A DNA stretch of 64,000 bases from Tubiluchus corallicola (lineage: Eukaryota; Animalia; Priapulida), in contig JAQGDQ010000438.1 in assembly GCA_030141605.1 (NCBI GenBank), positions 1 through 64,000 on the forward strand, given 5' to 3'. Under the pieces are notes generated by a model that did not search any database, had not been told where the DNA came from, and saw only the letters and a list, made by a program, of their open reading frames with translations. A program made the position numbers and the translations under genes. Shown here in pieces: positions 12,711 through 27,600 of this stretch. How positions within the stretch are numbered: position 1 is the first letter of the stretch; the number at the start of each line of letters is the position of its first letter.

Positions 12711-13025
12711 ACCATACATAATTAAAATGGCTAGGCTACACGCACTGAAATATTTCATTCATAAGCTTGATTTCCTCTTCTTATATGAAAAACTTTAATT
12801 GCGGAAGCCAATTGTGCCTCCCATGTCATGTACGCTTGTCAATTTCCTGGTTTTTATTCTGCACTAAAAAACTAGTCTAGTTTTGCATAATCTTCTTAAT
12901 AAACAGCAGATGCGAGTTGCTGAATGACACCACTGCACTGATGTCAAGACACATCAGTCGTGTCAGGTTTAACTGAACGAGTTTTATTTCTGGTTTCTTC
13001 ACTATTGAACATTAAACTTACTTAA

Positions 13026-13610
13026 AGGAAAACAGGATGATTTTTCATGTCTTACGTCATTTTGAAGTACAGTAAAACGTATATATTTTAACACCAATAA
13101 TGCTGCAAAAGCATTTCTGTTACTTAAATGATAGGTCAAAATTTTAATTAATAGCGGGCGAGCCCAACTATTGGTCCCGTCACAAATGAACATAATTTTC
13201 AATAATGAGCACATTCCACAAGCGTGTTGCACGTGTTTGCAAAAGCGAAAATTGAAGTACAGTGCTACTGCAAGAGATTCAGTGCGTTGTACTAAAACTA
13301 GGCAAGTTTAAAAATAAAAATTTTAATTTGAAATTCACCGTTGTGCTCACGCATGATATATCGGACAGGTGCACTACGTCACAAACGAGTACCTTTGAAC
13401 TGAGAGGCACCTGTTATTTGTGCAACTCATGTCCGAAATGCAGGCGCCAGTGCCCATCTAAATACGAATGGCGAAATGCACGTAACAGTGAAGAACTAGT
13501 GGTAATAGTTCTTTCAGGTAACGCATTCTTGAAAAAAGAGTGCTTTCCCTTTCAATATATTAAAGAGAAAATTGTTTAACTCTTTAACAGTTTTTGGGTC
13601 CGGTTTTCCT
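13026..13610 (-). mobile_element. Kolobok-like MITE, copy B
   Basis: TTAA-AGGAAAAC...GTTTTCCT-TTAA; reverse-complement homolog of 721-1321. Confidence 0.78.
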
Positions 13611-13937
13611 TTAAGTCAGTGGTGTAATATTTGTAGTAACACTGAAGCCAAAATTTTGTAGCATCCTTACTAAACGGTTCTACTAATTAACGCCAAACAT
13701 TCACATCAAGTAATGAAATTAGCGTTAAAGACTGCGATGAACAAACGTATTTAAATAATGCCATGAAATAATGCCATCTTTCATTATAATATACGCAAAC
13801 AGCGTCAAATAATGAAATTAGTAGGTTTACTGGCTGTAATGTTTTTTAAGACAAAATATTGATCGAACGCATGATTGTGTATCTTGCTTGATATTCATAA
13901 CACTTTTACAGGTGTTAAAACTGGAAGTGAAATTATA

Positions 13938-13938
13938 T

Positions 13939-13990
<52 letters not shown>

Positions 13991-14054
13991 CAGTAGCAGT
14001 AGCAGTAGCAGTAGCAGTAGCAGTAGCAGTAGCAGTAGCAGTAGCAGTAGCAGT

Positions 14055-14086
<32 letters not shown>

Positions 14087-14144
14087 CAGTAGCAGTAGCA
14101 GTAGCAGTAGCAGTAGCAGTAGCAGTAGCAGTAGCAGTAGCAGA

Positions 14145-14193
<49 letters not shown>

Positions 14194-14217
14194 TGTTGTT
14201 GTTGTAGTAGCAGTAGT

Positions 14218-14262
<45 letters not shown>
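13938..14262. repeat. (AGT)n/(AGC)n microsatellite at a LINE 3' tail
   Basis: Direct observation; abuts the LINE fragment at 14263-14705. Confidence 0.9.
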
Positions 14263-14263
<1 letters not shown>

Positions 14264-14705
14264 AAATCTTTATTTGCCATTTTAAAAACATTGACCATCA
14301 TATTAAAAGACAGACAATCAGTGTTAGTTGATATAAAAAACATACACTGTTCTGGGCAAATGCGTCTTGTGCAAGCTAAACTATAAGTGCAACTAGAAAT
14401 TCAAAAATAAAATATAAACTAGTTTAGTAAGGTCTAGGAAAAATGAAATTATGATTTGAGTAAGTATCATCGTGTTCGTATGTCGGATATTCAAAACGAG
14501 TCATTAAATGTTTTTTTCAATTTAGACTTGAATATTGATAAAGAGCTGCTGTGTTTTAGTGATGTCGGTTATGAATTGTATTGCTTGCTTAGTAATGGAA
14601 TTCTTTCCATATTGATTGTTCGTTCTAATGTTTCTTAAATTTAGTGTTCTGTTATTCATACTGGGGTTTTTAAGAAGTGGGAGCTTATTGGTTTTGAAAG
14701 GAGAG
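14263..14705 (-). mobile_element. 5'-truncated non-LTR retrotransposon (3' end)
   Basis: Near-identical to about 29685-30120. Encodes the RT C-terminal motif RTNNQYGKNSITKQAIQ, with a small deletion. Confidence 0.75.
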
Positions 14706-15565
14706 GCTACTACTTTTGAAAGGTATATACGGGTTACTAAAGCAGTGCACTTAAACGCCATGATCAAACGCCAAAAGATATTTAAGCTACATGCCTTGGT
14801 AAATTGTTGACTTAATTACATATATAGTGCCACCAACGAAAAATCATCAAATATTAACCTTGACGGTGACGATGATATGTCATCATGACGACGACAATGA
14901 CGGCCATGACGATGATAATGACTATAGTGGTAGAGTGATGGGAATAAAGATGTTATAATGCTGATGATGACGATGATGACGATCGTAGTAGTGGTGGTAA
15001 TGTTGGCGCTGGCTCGCTACTGGTGATGGCGATAATAGTGGCCATTGTGCATGGTGATGACGATAGTGCTAGTGGTGGTGCCGGTGATGATGACAGTGGT
15101 GGCGAGGTGGCGGTGATGATGATAGTGATATTGAAGGTGATGTTGCATAATTTTATTGAATTATTGAAAACCGTTTAATCTAATATTTTAGTGGCAGGAA
15201 AAATTTCATCATTTTGCCTGGGTCACTGAACGCAACGAACACGTTAAATTTGTTATAAATAAATTCGTGAAGAATTTTCTATCCTCTGTTCCCGGTGTTC
15301 TGTTTGGAACTAATTCAGCGCAATGTTAGTGAAAAACACCCAACACGTGTCCCCAATATTGTGATATTTTTCTTGGGCATAATTTTTGTTTTTTCACCAC
15401 AAACGCTGCTCGGGGAAAATGCGCTAATTAGAACGTAGGCGGATGAACTCCCACCGTCGAAAATAGGGATGAGTGGAAGCTAAAAACAGGAGACCCAATT
15501 TTATAGTAATTACGCTTGATTAATTTAAGGTTAGATAAATAAGTTAGATAGATTATTATAAATCT

Positions 15566-15659
15566 GCATCATCATCATCATCATCATCATCGTCGTCGTC
15601 GTCGTCGTCGTCGTAGTCATCACCATCAAATTTACGCATTATTATCGTTATCGTCATCG

Positions 15660-15692
<33 letters not shown>

Positions 15693-15887
15693 ACAACAAC
15701 ATCACCATCATCGTCGTCATCATCATCATCATCATCATTGCCATCATCATCATCATCACCATCATCATCATCATCGTCGTGTCGTCGTCATCATCATCAT
15801 CTTCATCATCATCATCATCATCGTCGTCGTAGTAGTCATCATCATCGTAGTCATCACCATCAAATTTACGCATTATCATCGTTATCG

Positions 15888-15934
<47 letters not shown>

Positions 15935-16345
15935 GTCGTGTCGTCGTAATCATCATCATCGTTATCGTCATAATCATCATCATCATCATCATCAGCAACA
16001 ACATCACCATCATCGTCATCATCATCATCATAATCGTCGTCGTCGTAGTCATCACCATCAAATTTACGCATTATCATGGTCATCGTCATCCTCATCATCA
16101 TCATCAACAACATCATCATCATCCTCGTCATCACCATCATCATCATCATCATCGTAGTCATCACCAGTAAATTTACGCACAATCATCGCCATCGTCATCA
16201 TCATCATCATTATCGTCATCATCATCATTATCATCGTAGTCATCACTTAATTCTGATGACACCATTAAATTTACGCATCATCATCATCATCACTACCATC
16301 ATATCGTGATTATCATCGTCATCATCATCACCGCTACCATCATAT
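15566..16345. repeat. (ATC/GTC)n microsatellite punctuated by a recurring ~30-bp motif
   Basis: The motif cgtagtcatcaccatcaaatttacgcatt recurs about 5 times within the trinucleotide tract. Confidence 0.85.
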
Positions 16346-17229
16346 CGTCACCCTCTGATTCACAAATGTGTTGCTGCAGATAAGAGTCTAGGTTTGCAAA
16401 CTAGTTCAAGATTCTCGTTCTTTTTGATCCGCGTCGTGTAAAGGTCACGTCTACGATAAGTGGCACATTTAAGACTTCAGTTTGTTGACAAATTCAATCT
16501 GAAGAGTGCAAGAATTTCATTGGTGTCGGTTTGATTAAGTCAAGTCAAAGGGTTAACCCGAAACAGATCTTATTCTTGCCACGCTGAACTGTAATGAAAG
16601 TGTCTCAAGAGCAATGGCCTCCGTCTAGGTTGTGCAAGTTGATTTTACCTGCTCCCCTTTTTCAAACACATTTTTCTCATTATAGTTAGCTGATACTGGG
16701 AAAAAGGAAAGAGAGCCCGCTTTGTGTAAGCATAGTTTACTGATTAGGCTCTGATTAGCTTAATTAAACATTATTATTGTTCAGTTGTTTACAAGTCGTT
16801 TTGCGAAGTCATTACATATTGAAAGATGTGTTAAAGGGCTTCAATTACTAGGTTTCTTTTTTCGGATTCAGTACGTTGGCTTCTTATGTTTGTTTTTATA
16901 GGTTTGCACATTTTGGTTGCGTTGTTACACCGATCACTTTGACATCAGTAATACTGGTTACCTGCGTCTTGTTTTAATATTATTAATTTAACAGTGAGGG
17001 TACTAGTTGCTAAAATCGAATCAAAGCTTCCAGAAAATATCGTATATTTTATATTTTTACTGTGTAATTTGAAGGATTAAGAATAATTGCAATACATGCG
17101 AATTTTACTGTTTCAATTGATGTTGTATATTATTACAAAAGTTACAGCAGTCGTGGCTTACCGATACACATTCGTAGCTACGAGTTGTTCAATTTAGAAG
17201 AATTTAGAATAAAATTAAATAAAGACAAT

Positions 17230-17957
<728 letters not shown>

Positions 17958-18030
17958 AAAATATTTAATAATTTCGTTTTCGGCAAAAGCAATTCCATTC
18001 TATTATGCTAACATTGGAAAAGCACTTTAT

Positions 18031-18736
18031 AGGTTTTACATGTCAAATGTAGACCGACGTTAAGTCATATGTAGATTTAGGTAATTCAAATGTGTCTTGG
18101 TAACTCAAATGTAGACTTAGGTAGTTCAAATGTGTCTTGGTAACTCAAATGTAGACTTAGGTAGTTCAAATGTGTTAACAATGTTTTTCAACAAATCTTG
18201 AGCGCTTTTGGTAAATCAAATGTGACATTGGTATCTCAAATGTGGATATGTGGTAAAGTTTAAGGATGTTAAATTTAATCTTCTTTAATTTCAATTTAAT
18301 AATTGTTCTTAAGTTAAAATAACAACCTTATAGGCCTGCTAATAGTTCACTAATATTCTGTAAACTTTACATACCATTGGAACTGTTAGAGAAAACAATA
18401 CATTCTTAAAATAAACAAAGTTTCTTGAGAGAAACTAATTCATTAATGCAGTGCTAATGCATTACTTTAAAAACTAATTAGTGATTCACTGTTTATTGGG
18501 AAGTGATGCTGCCGATAGCACCATGACCATAAAATATAATTTTAATTTCGTTTTATCTTTTTGTAATTTGCACTTAAATGAGTTAATTACCGATTTATTC
18601 AAAGTACCGCATCTACATTTGACTTACCTAAGTCACATTTAAGTTACCAAAACACATTCGAAATTCCTATGTCTATATTTGACTTATCTAAGTCACATTT
18701 GAACTTTCCTGTGTCTACATTTGACGTGTAAAACCT
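18031..18736. mobile_element. Foldback-type non-autonomous DNA transposon with modular TIRs
   Basis: Termini aggttttacatgtcaaatgtagac ... gtctacatttgacgtgtaaaacct in a TA-rich site. Both arms are built of ~19-bp subrepeats containing caaatgt / acatttg. Confidence 0.75.
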
Positions 18737-18750
18737 ATATAATTCTTGTT

Positions 18751-18830
<80 letters not shown>

Positions 18831-19738
18831 TACTATAATAATAATTATTATTATTATCAGCATACCACTACTACTCTTTTCAAATTTGTTTAGTTGTATT
18901 TAAAAAGTTGTTTGCTTGCCAAAAAATTCTCCAACATTGATAAAAGTTTGCTATTTTTGCTTACATTGTAACTTTTGAAAAGTTTGCTATTTTTGCTTAC
19001 ATTGTAACTTCTAGCGTGCAGTAAACTTTCAACACCCTTATCACGTAATTATCATATTTTGTATCAAGTTTTATACGCATGCCAATGTAATTTAATACGA
19101 TTAACATAAACTTAAGGAAGACTCAGTTTCCAGATCGCCCGCGCATCGGCACACACTACGACTGCTGCTATCACAATGCACGCAGGAGTTTAGTTAAATC
19201 TGTTCGCTGTTTTGCTTAAACCCAAACGCACTCTGTAGTCTATCGCATCTCAGATTCCCGCTTCGGGAAAAAGCAGACGCGCCTCTCGGCCAACTCATCA
19301 CCTTTTTTCAAATATGAAAACAAGTTATCGTCTATCTAAATATATCTGTAGGCAGAAAATACCTCAGCTGTTGAGTTGAAAGTCTAAAAGTATTTTACGT
19401 CAGCTGTCTCGCCCTGTAACTCGTCCCATTTTACAACCAAGTTGAATGGTTGATTTCCTGTGACGAATCTTTTGATCAGTTTATAGAGTTTCAGAGCAGC
19501 CCAGTAGCTTGAGTTTCCCACACATTACGCCCACGCCTCCAATAAAATTAAGGCGCCTGGTCCTGTCTCCAATGAGGAACAGAATTACGATCAGGTATGT
19601 GTTATGTGAATTAAAGGAAAGGTCAACCCTTCTAGGAGGTTAGGCTTATTTTAATGTTCGCGAAAAATGTTAGAAACATTTGGTGATAAAACTGCATTAA
19701 CTGCTAGTGAATTAGTGAAATCACTTTAAAGTCGCGAT

Positions 19739-20784
19739 TTTTGTTGCACTGCCCATTGTATCAGCTAGCTAGGGTTGTTATGTTTGATAAATTAAATGGA
19801 ATACTTCTGCCTGAAAACCTTAACATAGCTGCCTTACGAAATAATGATCTGTTGAAGTTGTTATTATTCGGAAAAGATGAATTTAACTATGTTGCTAACT
19901 GTAAAATATTCCAATGTATACATGACTTTATATTACGTACTAAACGCTTCCAGTAGTTTCATTCTGATATGAAATGCATCAGTCTTAAATAATCGCACAT
20001 TAATATTTTCTAACCGTCATTTTCTACTAATGTCTAATGTAATCTTGTAGTAAAACTTGTCAGCTTGTGTAGGTATAGTCTATTCTTACTGTAAATGTTA
20101 CTAATGTCTAATGTAATCTTGTAGTAAAACTTGTCAGCTTATGTAGGTATAGTCCATTCTTACTGTAAATGTTACTAATGTCTAATGTAATCTTGTAGTA
20201 AAACTTGTCAGCTTGTGTAGTTATAGTCAATTCTTACTGTAAATGTTACTAATGTCTAATGTATTCTTGTAGTAAAACTTGTCAGCTTATGTAGGTATAG
20301 TCCATTCTTACTGTAAATGTTACTAATGTCTAATGTAATCTTGTAGTAAAACTTGTCAGCTTATGTAGGTATAGTCTATTCTTACTGTAAATGTTACTAA
20401 TGTCTAATGTAATCTTGTAGTAAAACTTGTCAGCTTGTGTAGTTATAGTCAATTCTTACTGTAAATGTTACTAATGTCTAATGTATTCTTGTAGTAAAAC
20501 AAGTCAGCTTGTGTAGTTATAGTCAATTCTTACTGTAAATGTTACTAATGTCTAATGTAATCTTGTAGTAAAACAAGTCAGCTTGTGTAGTTATAGTCAA
20601 TTCTTACTGTAAATGTTACTAATGTCTAATGTATTCTTGTAGTAAAACAAGTCAGCTTGTGTAGTTATACTCCATTCTTACTGTAAATGTTCTTGTAAAT
20701 AGTGTGTAAAGTCTGTTGTGGTGAGGATCCTAAATCATGTTGTTCAAACTGTCTGATCCAATTCTAAATAAATTATGTTTAAAC
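19739..20784 (+). mobile_element. 5'-truncated LINE with a 12-bp TSD and nine 74-bp repeats in its 3'UTR
   Basis: TSD taaagtcgcgat at 19727-19738 and 20785-20796. The reading frame LLHCPLY...LLLFG...IF..I.DFILRTKRF* is typical of a non-LTR ORF2 C-terminus. The 74-bp unit starts at 20027. Confidence 0.88.
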
Positions 20785-21349
20785 TAAAGTCGCGATCACT
20801 GCCTGGCCACTCCCATTTTTAACGCCGTTTGTTTCTCGAATGACGTCATTCGTCTTGAAAAAAAGTAGTACTGTCAATCTTCATCAAAAGTACAATAGGT
20901 TTTTACAAAAAAATAGATAGCTAATTTTGTAATATTTTTGCGTGAACATTAGGTAAACTGCAAAAGATCGAATTAGTTTAAGCAACGCCCGCTTACGGAA
21001 AGCCACGAGGCGTTTACGAAAAGCCCCGAAGTCTCCCAGTTATGTCAAGTGAAAGGCGGCAACCACAATGACTGAAAATTTCCATTTAGAGGTAGTATAT
21101 TTTAAATCTGTGTTTTATAGGCATTTCTTTGCAAATTTCTCCGTTACTTTTTTCTAACTTTAAGCGATGACAGTAAAATAAACCCAACATACTGAGTGAC
21201 TTGTTCTTTCCATTAACTATAATTCTACGTAGTTATATTTCGTGTCAGTGTTTAATTAATCATTAATTAAACTGATTAATGTTATCAGTTTAATTTAGGA
21301 AACATTAGTAATTTTTAAAATTATGACATTTGCTATATAGCTATATAGC

Positions 21350-21796
21350 TGTATAACTGAAAATGTACGTAATCACATAATATATTTGACATGATTGTAA
21401 CAATTAGGTAGATGTAAATGTATTTTTTATATTTTAATCATTGTAACATTTCTTACCTAATTTTTTTTCAATTTTTTTTCACTTCTTGTTATCAAAAGTC
21501 TGAATCAGCGAAGATCTTAATGAAGGGCGCCATGACATCTTTAATATCGAGAAATAAATATGAATCGTATTCGAGAGTCCATTATCAGACTCAAAGCTGC
21601 GAATAACGTCAGTACATACTAGATATTAAGATAAACGTTATTTAGACTTTCTCTCTCTCTCTCTCTCTCTTTTCTTTCTCTCTCTCTCTCTCCCTCACTA
21701 TCTCTCTCTCTTTCTCTCTCTCTCCCTCTCTTTTCTTTCTCTCTCTCTCCATCTCCCTCTATCCCTCTTTTTTCTTTCTCTCTCTCTCCTCTCTCC

Positions 21797-21854
<58 letters not shown>

Positions 21855-21866
21855 TTCTCTCTCTCA
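21350..21866 (-). repeat. Right arm of the long inverted repeat
   Basis: Reverse complement of 17230-17957, including the interrupted GA tract. Confidence 0.85.
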
Positions 21867-22404
21867 CTTTCTCTAGCTACATTTGGCTAAGTGACAGCCG
21901 TCATTTTTGGAGCATTTTTAGAATAGCCATTTTCCATAAATTAATGAGACGATATTTTGTGATGGCATCAGATGGTTGTTGTTATTTTACATGCAGGATG
22001 TTACAGCGATATTTCTACACGAGTAAAAAACGTGCGCAACGTGTGTTAAAACTAAAATGTTGATTATTTTGTTTATTTAGTTGTCCAGGGTGAGGAAGGC
22101 ACTATGAGAAGGGACACGTGCGCGTGTGTACTCGTTTCCATATGTAACAGTGTCTAGAACAACAAAAACATTTGCTGTGTAAACACAACGACTGCATACT
22201 GTGGCTTGGCAATAGGCAAATAGGTATCAGACCTCCTGGTATCTATATTATTTGCATAAGCATAAAAACATAAATATAATCTGCCGCATTGACCTGCAGT
22301 GACCTGTACGCGTCTCAGAGACCCACAGCATGTACCGCTAGAGTCAATTTTCTATGCAAAATTTTTATTACAATACGTATTACAGTTGCAACTCCACTCT
22401 GTGT

Positions 22405-22650
22405 TAGTTTAGTTTAAACATAATTTATTTAGGATGGGATCAGACAGTTTGAACAATATGATTTAGGATCCTCACCACAACAGACTTTATACACTATTTA
22501 CAAGAACATTTACGGTAAGAATAGACTATAACTACACAAGCTGACAAGTTTTACTACAAGAATACATTAGACATTAGTAGAAAATGACGGTTAGAAAATA
22601 TTAATGTACGAATATTTAAGACTGATGCATTTTACATCAGATGGAAACTA
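22405..22650 (-). mobile_element. 3' end of the same LINE family (single 74-bp unit)
   Basis: Reverse complement of 19955-20784 with only one repeat unit. Confidence 0.8.
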
Positions 22651-23246
22651 ATCGTGTTAAGATCTATACTTTTTATCAGACTTGAAAATGGGATAGTATA
22701 TGAAAAATCATCCTGTCTTTCTTTAAAGAAAGGAAATTTTCACTTTCTGTGCTTCCTAATGTTACGCTTATAGCTTTATGAATAAAAAAATCAATAGCGT
22801 TTAAATTTGAAATAGCGAGATGCCGCTAGAAGCCATTGCACTCAGCTGTTTTGTGAATTCCTATTGGACGATGTAATCGTAGATTACACAAAACTTTTCT
22901 CCTTATAACATAAAAATCCATTGAATTCTATTGAAGTACGTTAAACTGGTGTGTTATTTACATATATAATATAATAATAATATTCTTTATTGCAATTAAT
23001 GTACACAAAAGAATGTACTGTACAAAATACATATACATAAAAATTTTTGTGTACAAACAGTCTGAGAACTGACGAATGCAATAGCTCTATACTAAATCTA
23101 CTTTAAAATCCACAATGATGAACTAATTTCTACTTAATTTTAACACCCACAAAATTCTAACATTGCAAAGCAAAATAAAAAAATCACATTTATGCAGACA
23201 AACAAAAAAATAACGTAACCATTATAAGTTTGTAAATGTTTGTAAA

Positions 23247-23493
23247 CAGGGCCTATTTCAGCTTAAGTGAGACCCAGGGAAGTGGGGCCTGTGAGGAAAG
23301 CTCGGGGGGGGGGGGTTGTCGCCCAGAAAATTTTTGAACTGCTAGAACGCCGGAGAAGCATTTCCGAAGAGAAAATATGGAGTTATACAGTATGTTCGCT
23401 TAAAGCAAAAAAAAAGTTACCTCGGCGCGAGGCCCCCCCGAAGGGTGAGGCCCCGGGGAAGTATCCCCACTCCCCCCCCTGAAATAGGCCCTG
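23247..23493. mobile_element. hAT-type MITE, copy 1
   Basis: 15-bp TIR CAGGGCCTATTTCAG and a perfect 8-bp TSD tttgtaaa (23239-23246, 23494-23501). Confidence 0.9.
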
Positions 23494-24204
23494 TTTGTAA
23501 ATGAATAAAGAATGAAAAACTGCTAAATAGCAATCGTAGCAGAAACAGCGTGAAGCAAGTGTGTTGGGACGCGCGCAATTCTGTTACTTTCACTTGGAAG
23601 GGAAGGCGTTACATAAACACAGTTGGTATTTATAGAATGGCTCTTGAGTGAACAACTGCAACTACACTCTTTTATAATGGCAACAACTTTTTTGCATTTA
23701 AGTGGCTGTAATGTTATATTGCGTTTAACACACAGGCGGGCGTTCATTTCAAATACCGCTAAGTTGTCCGTTTTCACGAAACTTAGTCACTCACTCACTC
23801 ACTCACTCACTCACTTGCTCTGTCGTTCGCTCTCTTGCTAACCCTTCACTCAGTCACTCAGTTTACTCAGCAGTAATTCGTTTACTGACTACACGGCGTC
23901 ACTAAGCGCACATCATAACTTCATAACCATTTAGCTATTTACCCCGCCCGTCGTAAATTACATGCTAACAGCTGTAATATAATAATTCCAAACCAATACA
24001 AACCTGCTAACTGGTAGAAAGTTGTTGCAGTAGCACAAGACGAACAGTTTAAGTTAATGAACATTAATGGTAAACATGGAAAGAGCTTTCGTTTTTATTG
24101 CATAACGATTCATAACTGTTACTCAGCACCAGGTGTCATCACTATGATGTCTCTGTACTACTACTGGGGAAATTTTAGTTGCACAAATCTTGTATGGCTG
24201 GAGA

Positions 24205-24967
<763 letters not shown>

Positions 24968-26660
24968 AATTAACATTTGACATTAACTCTCGCAATATAT
25001 TTCAATACAGTCTCCACGTTTGTTCGCGAGTCGCTTTTGTTACGCAGCTCAGGAGAAGGAAAAGGGAAGACAAGGGAAGGAATACTGATTGGTCATCGTG
25101 AGGTGGACACCGCTGGTCACTGACGTTTTGCGATCTGTGTATTATTACCTCACATGTCGAAGAGGCAGAGGAATGCAATCAGTGAGCTTCTCGCGAGGAA
25201 AGTTAAGGTGTTCTGGCAACACTGCACTTGAAACAGATATTTTATAACTATAGTTATGACCCTGATTTCGGTTATTATAGTTATAATTTTATCCTTATTG
25301 CAGCTCATTGACGAATAAATTGGCCAAATTTCACTTAACGTAAACAGACTAATTGATCATGTGTAATTTAATTAACTAGATTAGATAAATATTATTCACC
25401 ATTAATTAGCGGATCTATTTTCGTTCTGTGAGTGTTAAACTGCTGCCTTTTAAAGTTGAGTTCTATGTAGGAGGAAGTTGCAGGTTCGAATCCTGGTTGA
25501 TAACAGTCTTTTTAGCTCATAAGTTTGGCTTTCCGTCTGGCACTTTGTTAATTATTTAATTAAGTAAGTTATTTCTCAGCGCCGTTCAGGAAACACGGTG
25601 TTCTGTCGTGCAATCTCTTATATTAATATTCTTGGTATTTATATATATATATATATATATATAAGATTCGAGGCTACAGCCCGGACGAGGGCGCCATTTG
25701 CGGCGATCTATATATCAAACGAAAGGTCTCGGTCTAGTTTTTAATTAATATAATTAATACCGATTGCGAGGCGCTTTCATTTTAATTCACCTATTAATTT
25801 ATACTAGTTAGCTTGAATTTAAAAAAGTTCTCAAAAAACTTTAAATTGCAAAACAAAGAGGATTTTTTAAAAATTTGATAAACAGTAATACTTGATTCGG
25901 TTTTTAAAACACCGAAAGAAAAATTCGGTTCCACATAAAAAAAATCGTGTCCAATTAATATGACCCCAATGCAGCGACCTCATACTTTTAGTTTATTTTC
26001 GAAGAAATTATAAATTTTAGAAATTTACATTCCACGGCCAAGGAGAATGCGTAATTCGTTCCCTCTGAAGGAGAATCAGCTAAAGTAAGCATCCAGCACC
26101 AAAACGTATCTTCATTTTTTCGGTTTTACCACCTTGCGTAACTCAAACGACACGCAGGATTAGATGATGAAGTCGGGGCGTTGAAAGATACGCAGTACGT
26201 AGATCCTCCAAAACTGGATTAAGTTCGTCAGTAATGTCGTAATAATAATAAGCACTGGCTTAACATAAGGTGTCAGTATTCCTCGCGTGTTTTTCTTAGA
26301 CTTTGAGCCGCAGATTTAGAAAGTGCGGAAACAAAATTGCGATGCGTATTATTAGCGTGCGTGTTTTTGTTTATGTAATAATTGTCTTTGCGTAATTCAA
26401 GGTCGGGCTGAACTCTCTGCATGCCACTACTGCAGTGGGAAAGAAAAGGAAATTTGAGTCAATTTGAAAACCGAAGGGAAGAAAATGAAATTTTAAAGTG
26501 TCTCAAAAAGCTTTCCGCACAACTTTATATTATTTAGCATTACGCTTTGCTGTTTGAAAGACTTCTGTAATTGGAAAAGAAATAATTTAAAATATTCGCG
26601 CTGTCTCGTAAAACGGCACTGCATCGCCATCTTAGCTGTACCACTGCTTTACCAAACAAA

Positions 26661-26897
26661 CAGGGCCTATTTCAGGGGGTGGGGGGGTACTTCCCCGGGT
26701 CCGCACCCTCCAGGGGGGCCTCGCTCTGAGGTAACATTATTTTTTTTGCTCTGTGCGAACATACTGTATAACTCAATATTTTCTCTTCGAAAATGCTTCT
26801 CCGGCATTCTAGCAGTTCAAAAATTTTCTGGGCGCCCCCCCCCCCCCAAGGAGGCCTCACATGCCCCACTTCCCCGGGCCTCGCTTAGGCTGAAATG
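26661..26897. mobile_element. hAT-type MITE, copy 2 (right TIR partly deleted)
   Basis: Starts CAGGGCCTATTTCAG, is flanked by caaacaaa on both sides, and is in the opposite orientation to copy 1. Confidence 0.82.
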
Positions 26898-27129
26898 CAA
26901 ACAAACGTATTGATCTTATTGACAAGATTAAGTAATACCTACTTTTCGCAATAATCATATACATATACATTACATGTGCATCAATAATCAGTTTTTGTTA
27001 ATACAAAATTGTGATACAATTCATGAATTCTGCGCTAGAGACCTAAGAAGCTAGCTTATGGTAGGCCACTAGAATTAGTTACGAAAAAATTACAATATAT
27101 ACAGATACAATATTACAATATATACAAAT

Positions 27130-27600
27130 ATAAATACGGGTGGGAAGTAATAAAAATATTTTTATACTAGAGGGGAAGTTTTTGAAAATGAAAAACAACA
27201 AATCATGATTGAGTGATCAGTTATATGTTTCAAGTAAGTTTAATTTATAATTTTTTTAAATATGGACAGCGAGTTGGCATTTTTAATAGCTGGAGCAATT
27301 GAATTCCATATGTAAGGGCCATTGTATTTAATAGAAAATTTTCTAACATTTGTGTTGCACTGTATGTAGTGATAGTTAAGTCTATAACGTGTACCGTAAT
27401 TATGTATCTCAGCATTCAAACAAAAATAATCAGTAAATAAGGGAGGCAATAATTTATGAGAGAATTTGTACATGAAAATGGCAGTTTGGAACTTATTAAT
27501 GTCATAAATGTTTAGAAAGTTTAGTCTTTTAAATATTGGCGGTGTATGGTCCTGATAACCGGCAAATGTTAGAGCTCGAACTATTTTCTGCACACTATGT
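27130..27600 (-). mobile_element. Non-LTR retrotransposon ORF2 C-terminal fragment
   Basis: QKIVRALTFAGYQDHTPPIFKRLNFL...HNYGTR...IKYNGPYIWNSI...FKK is a typical CR1/L2-group C-terminus. Duplicated at about 32165-32635. Confidence 0.85.

Noticed and set aside
25640-25760. Possible Helitron-like end after the (TA)n tract
   Set aside because: No matching 3' hairpin or CTRR end, and no second copy found in the window.
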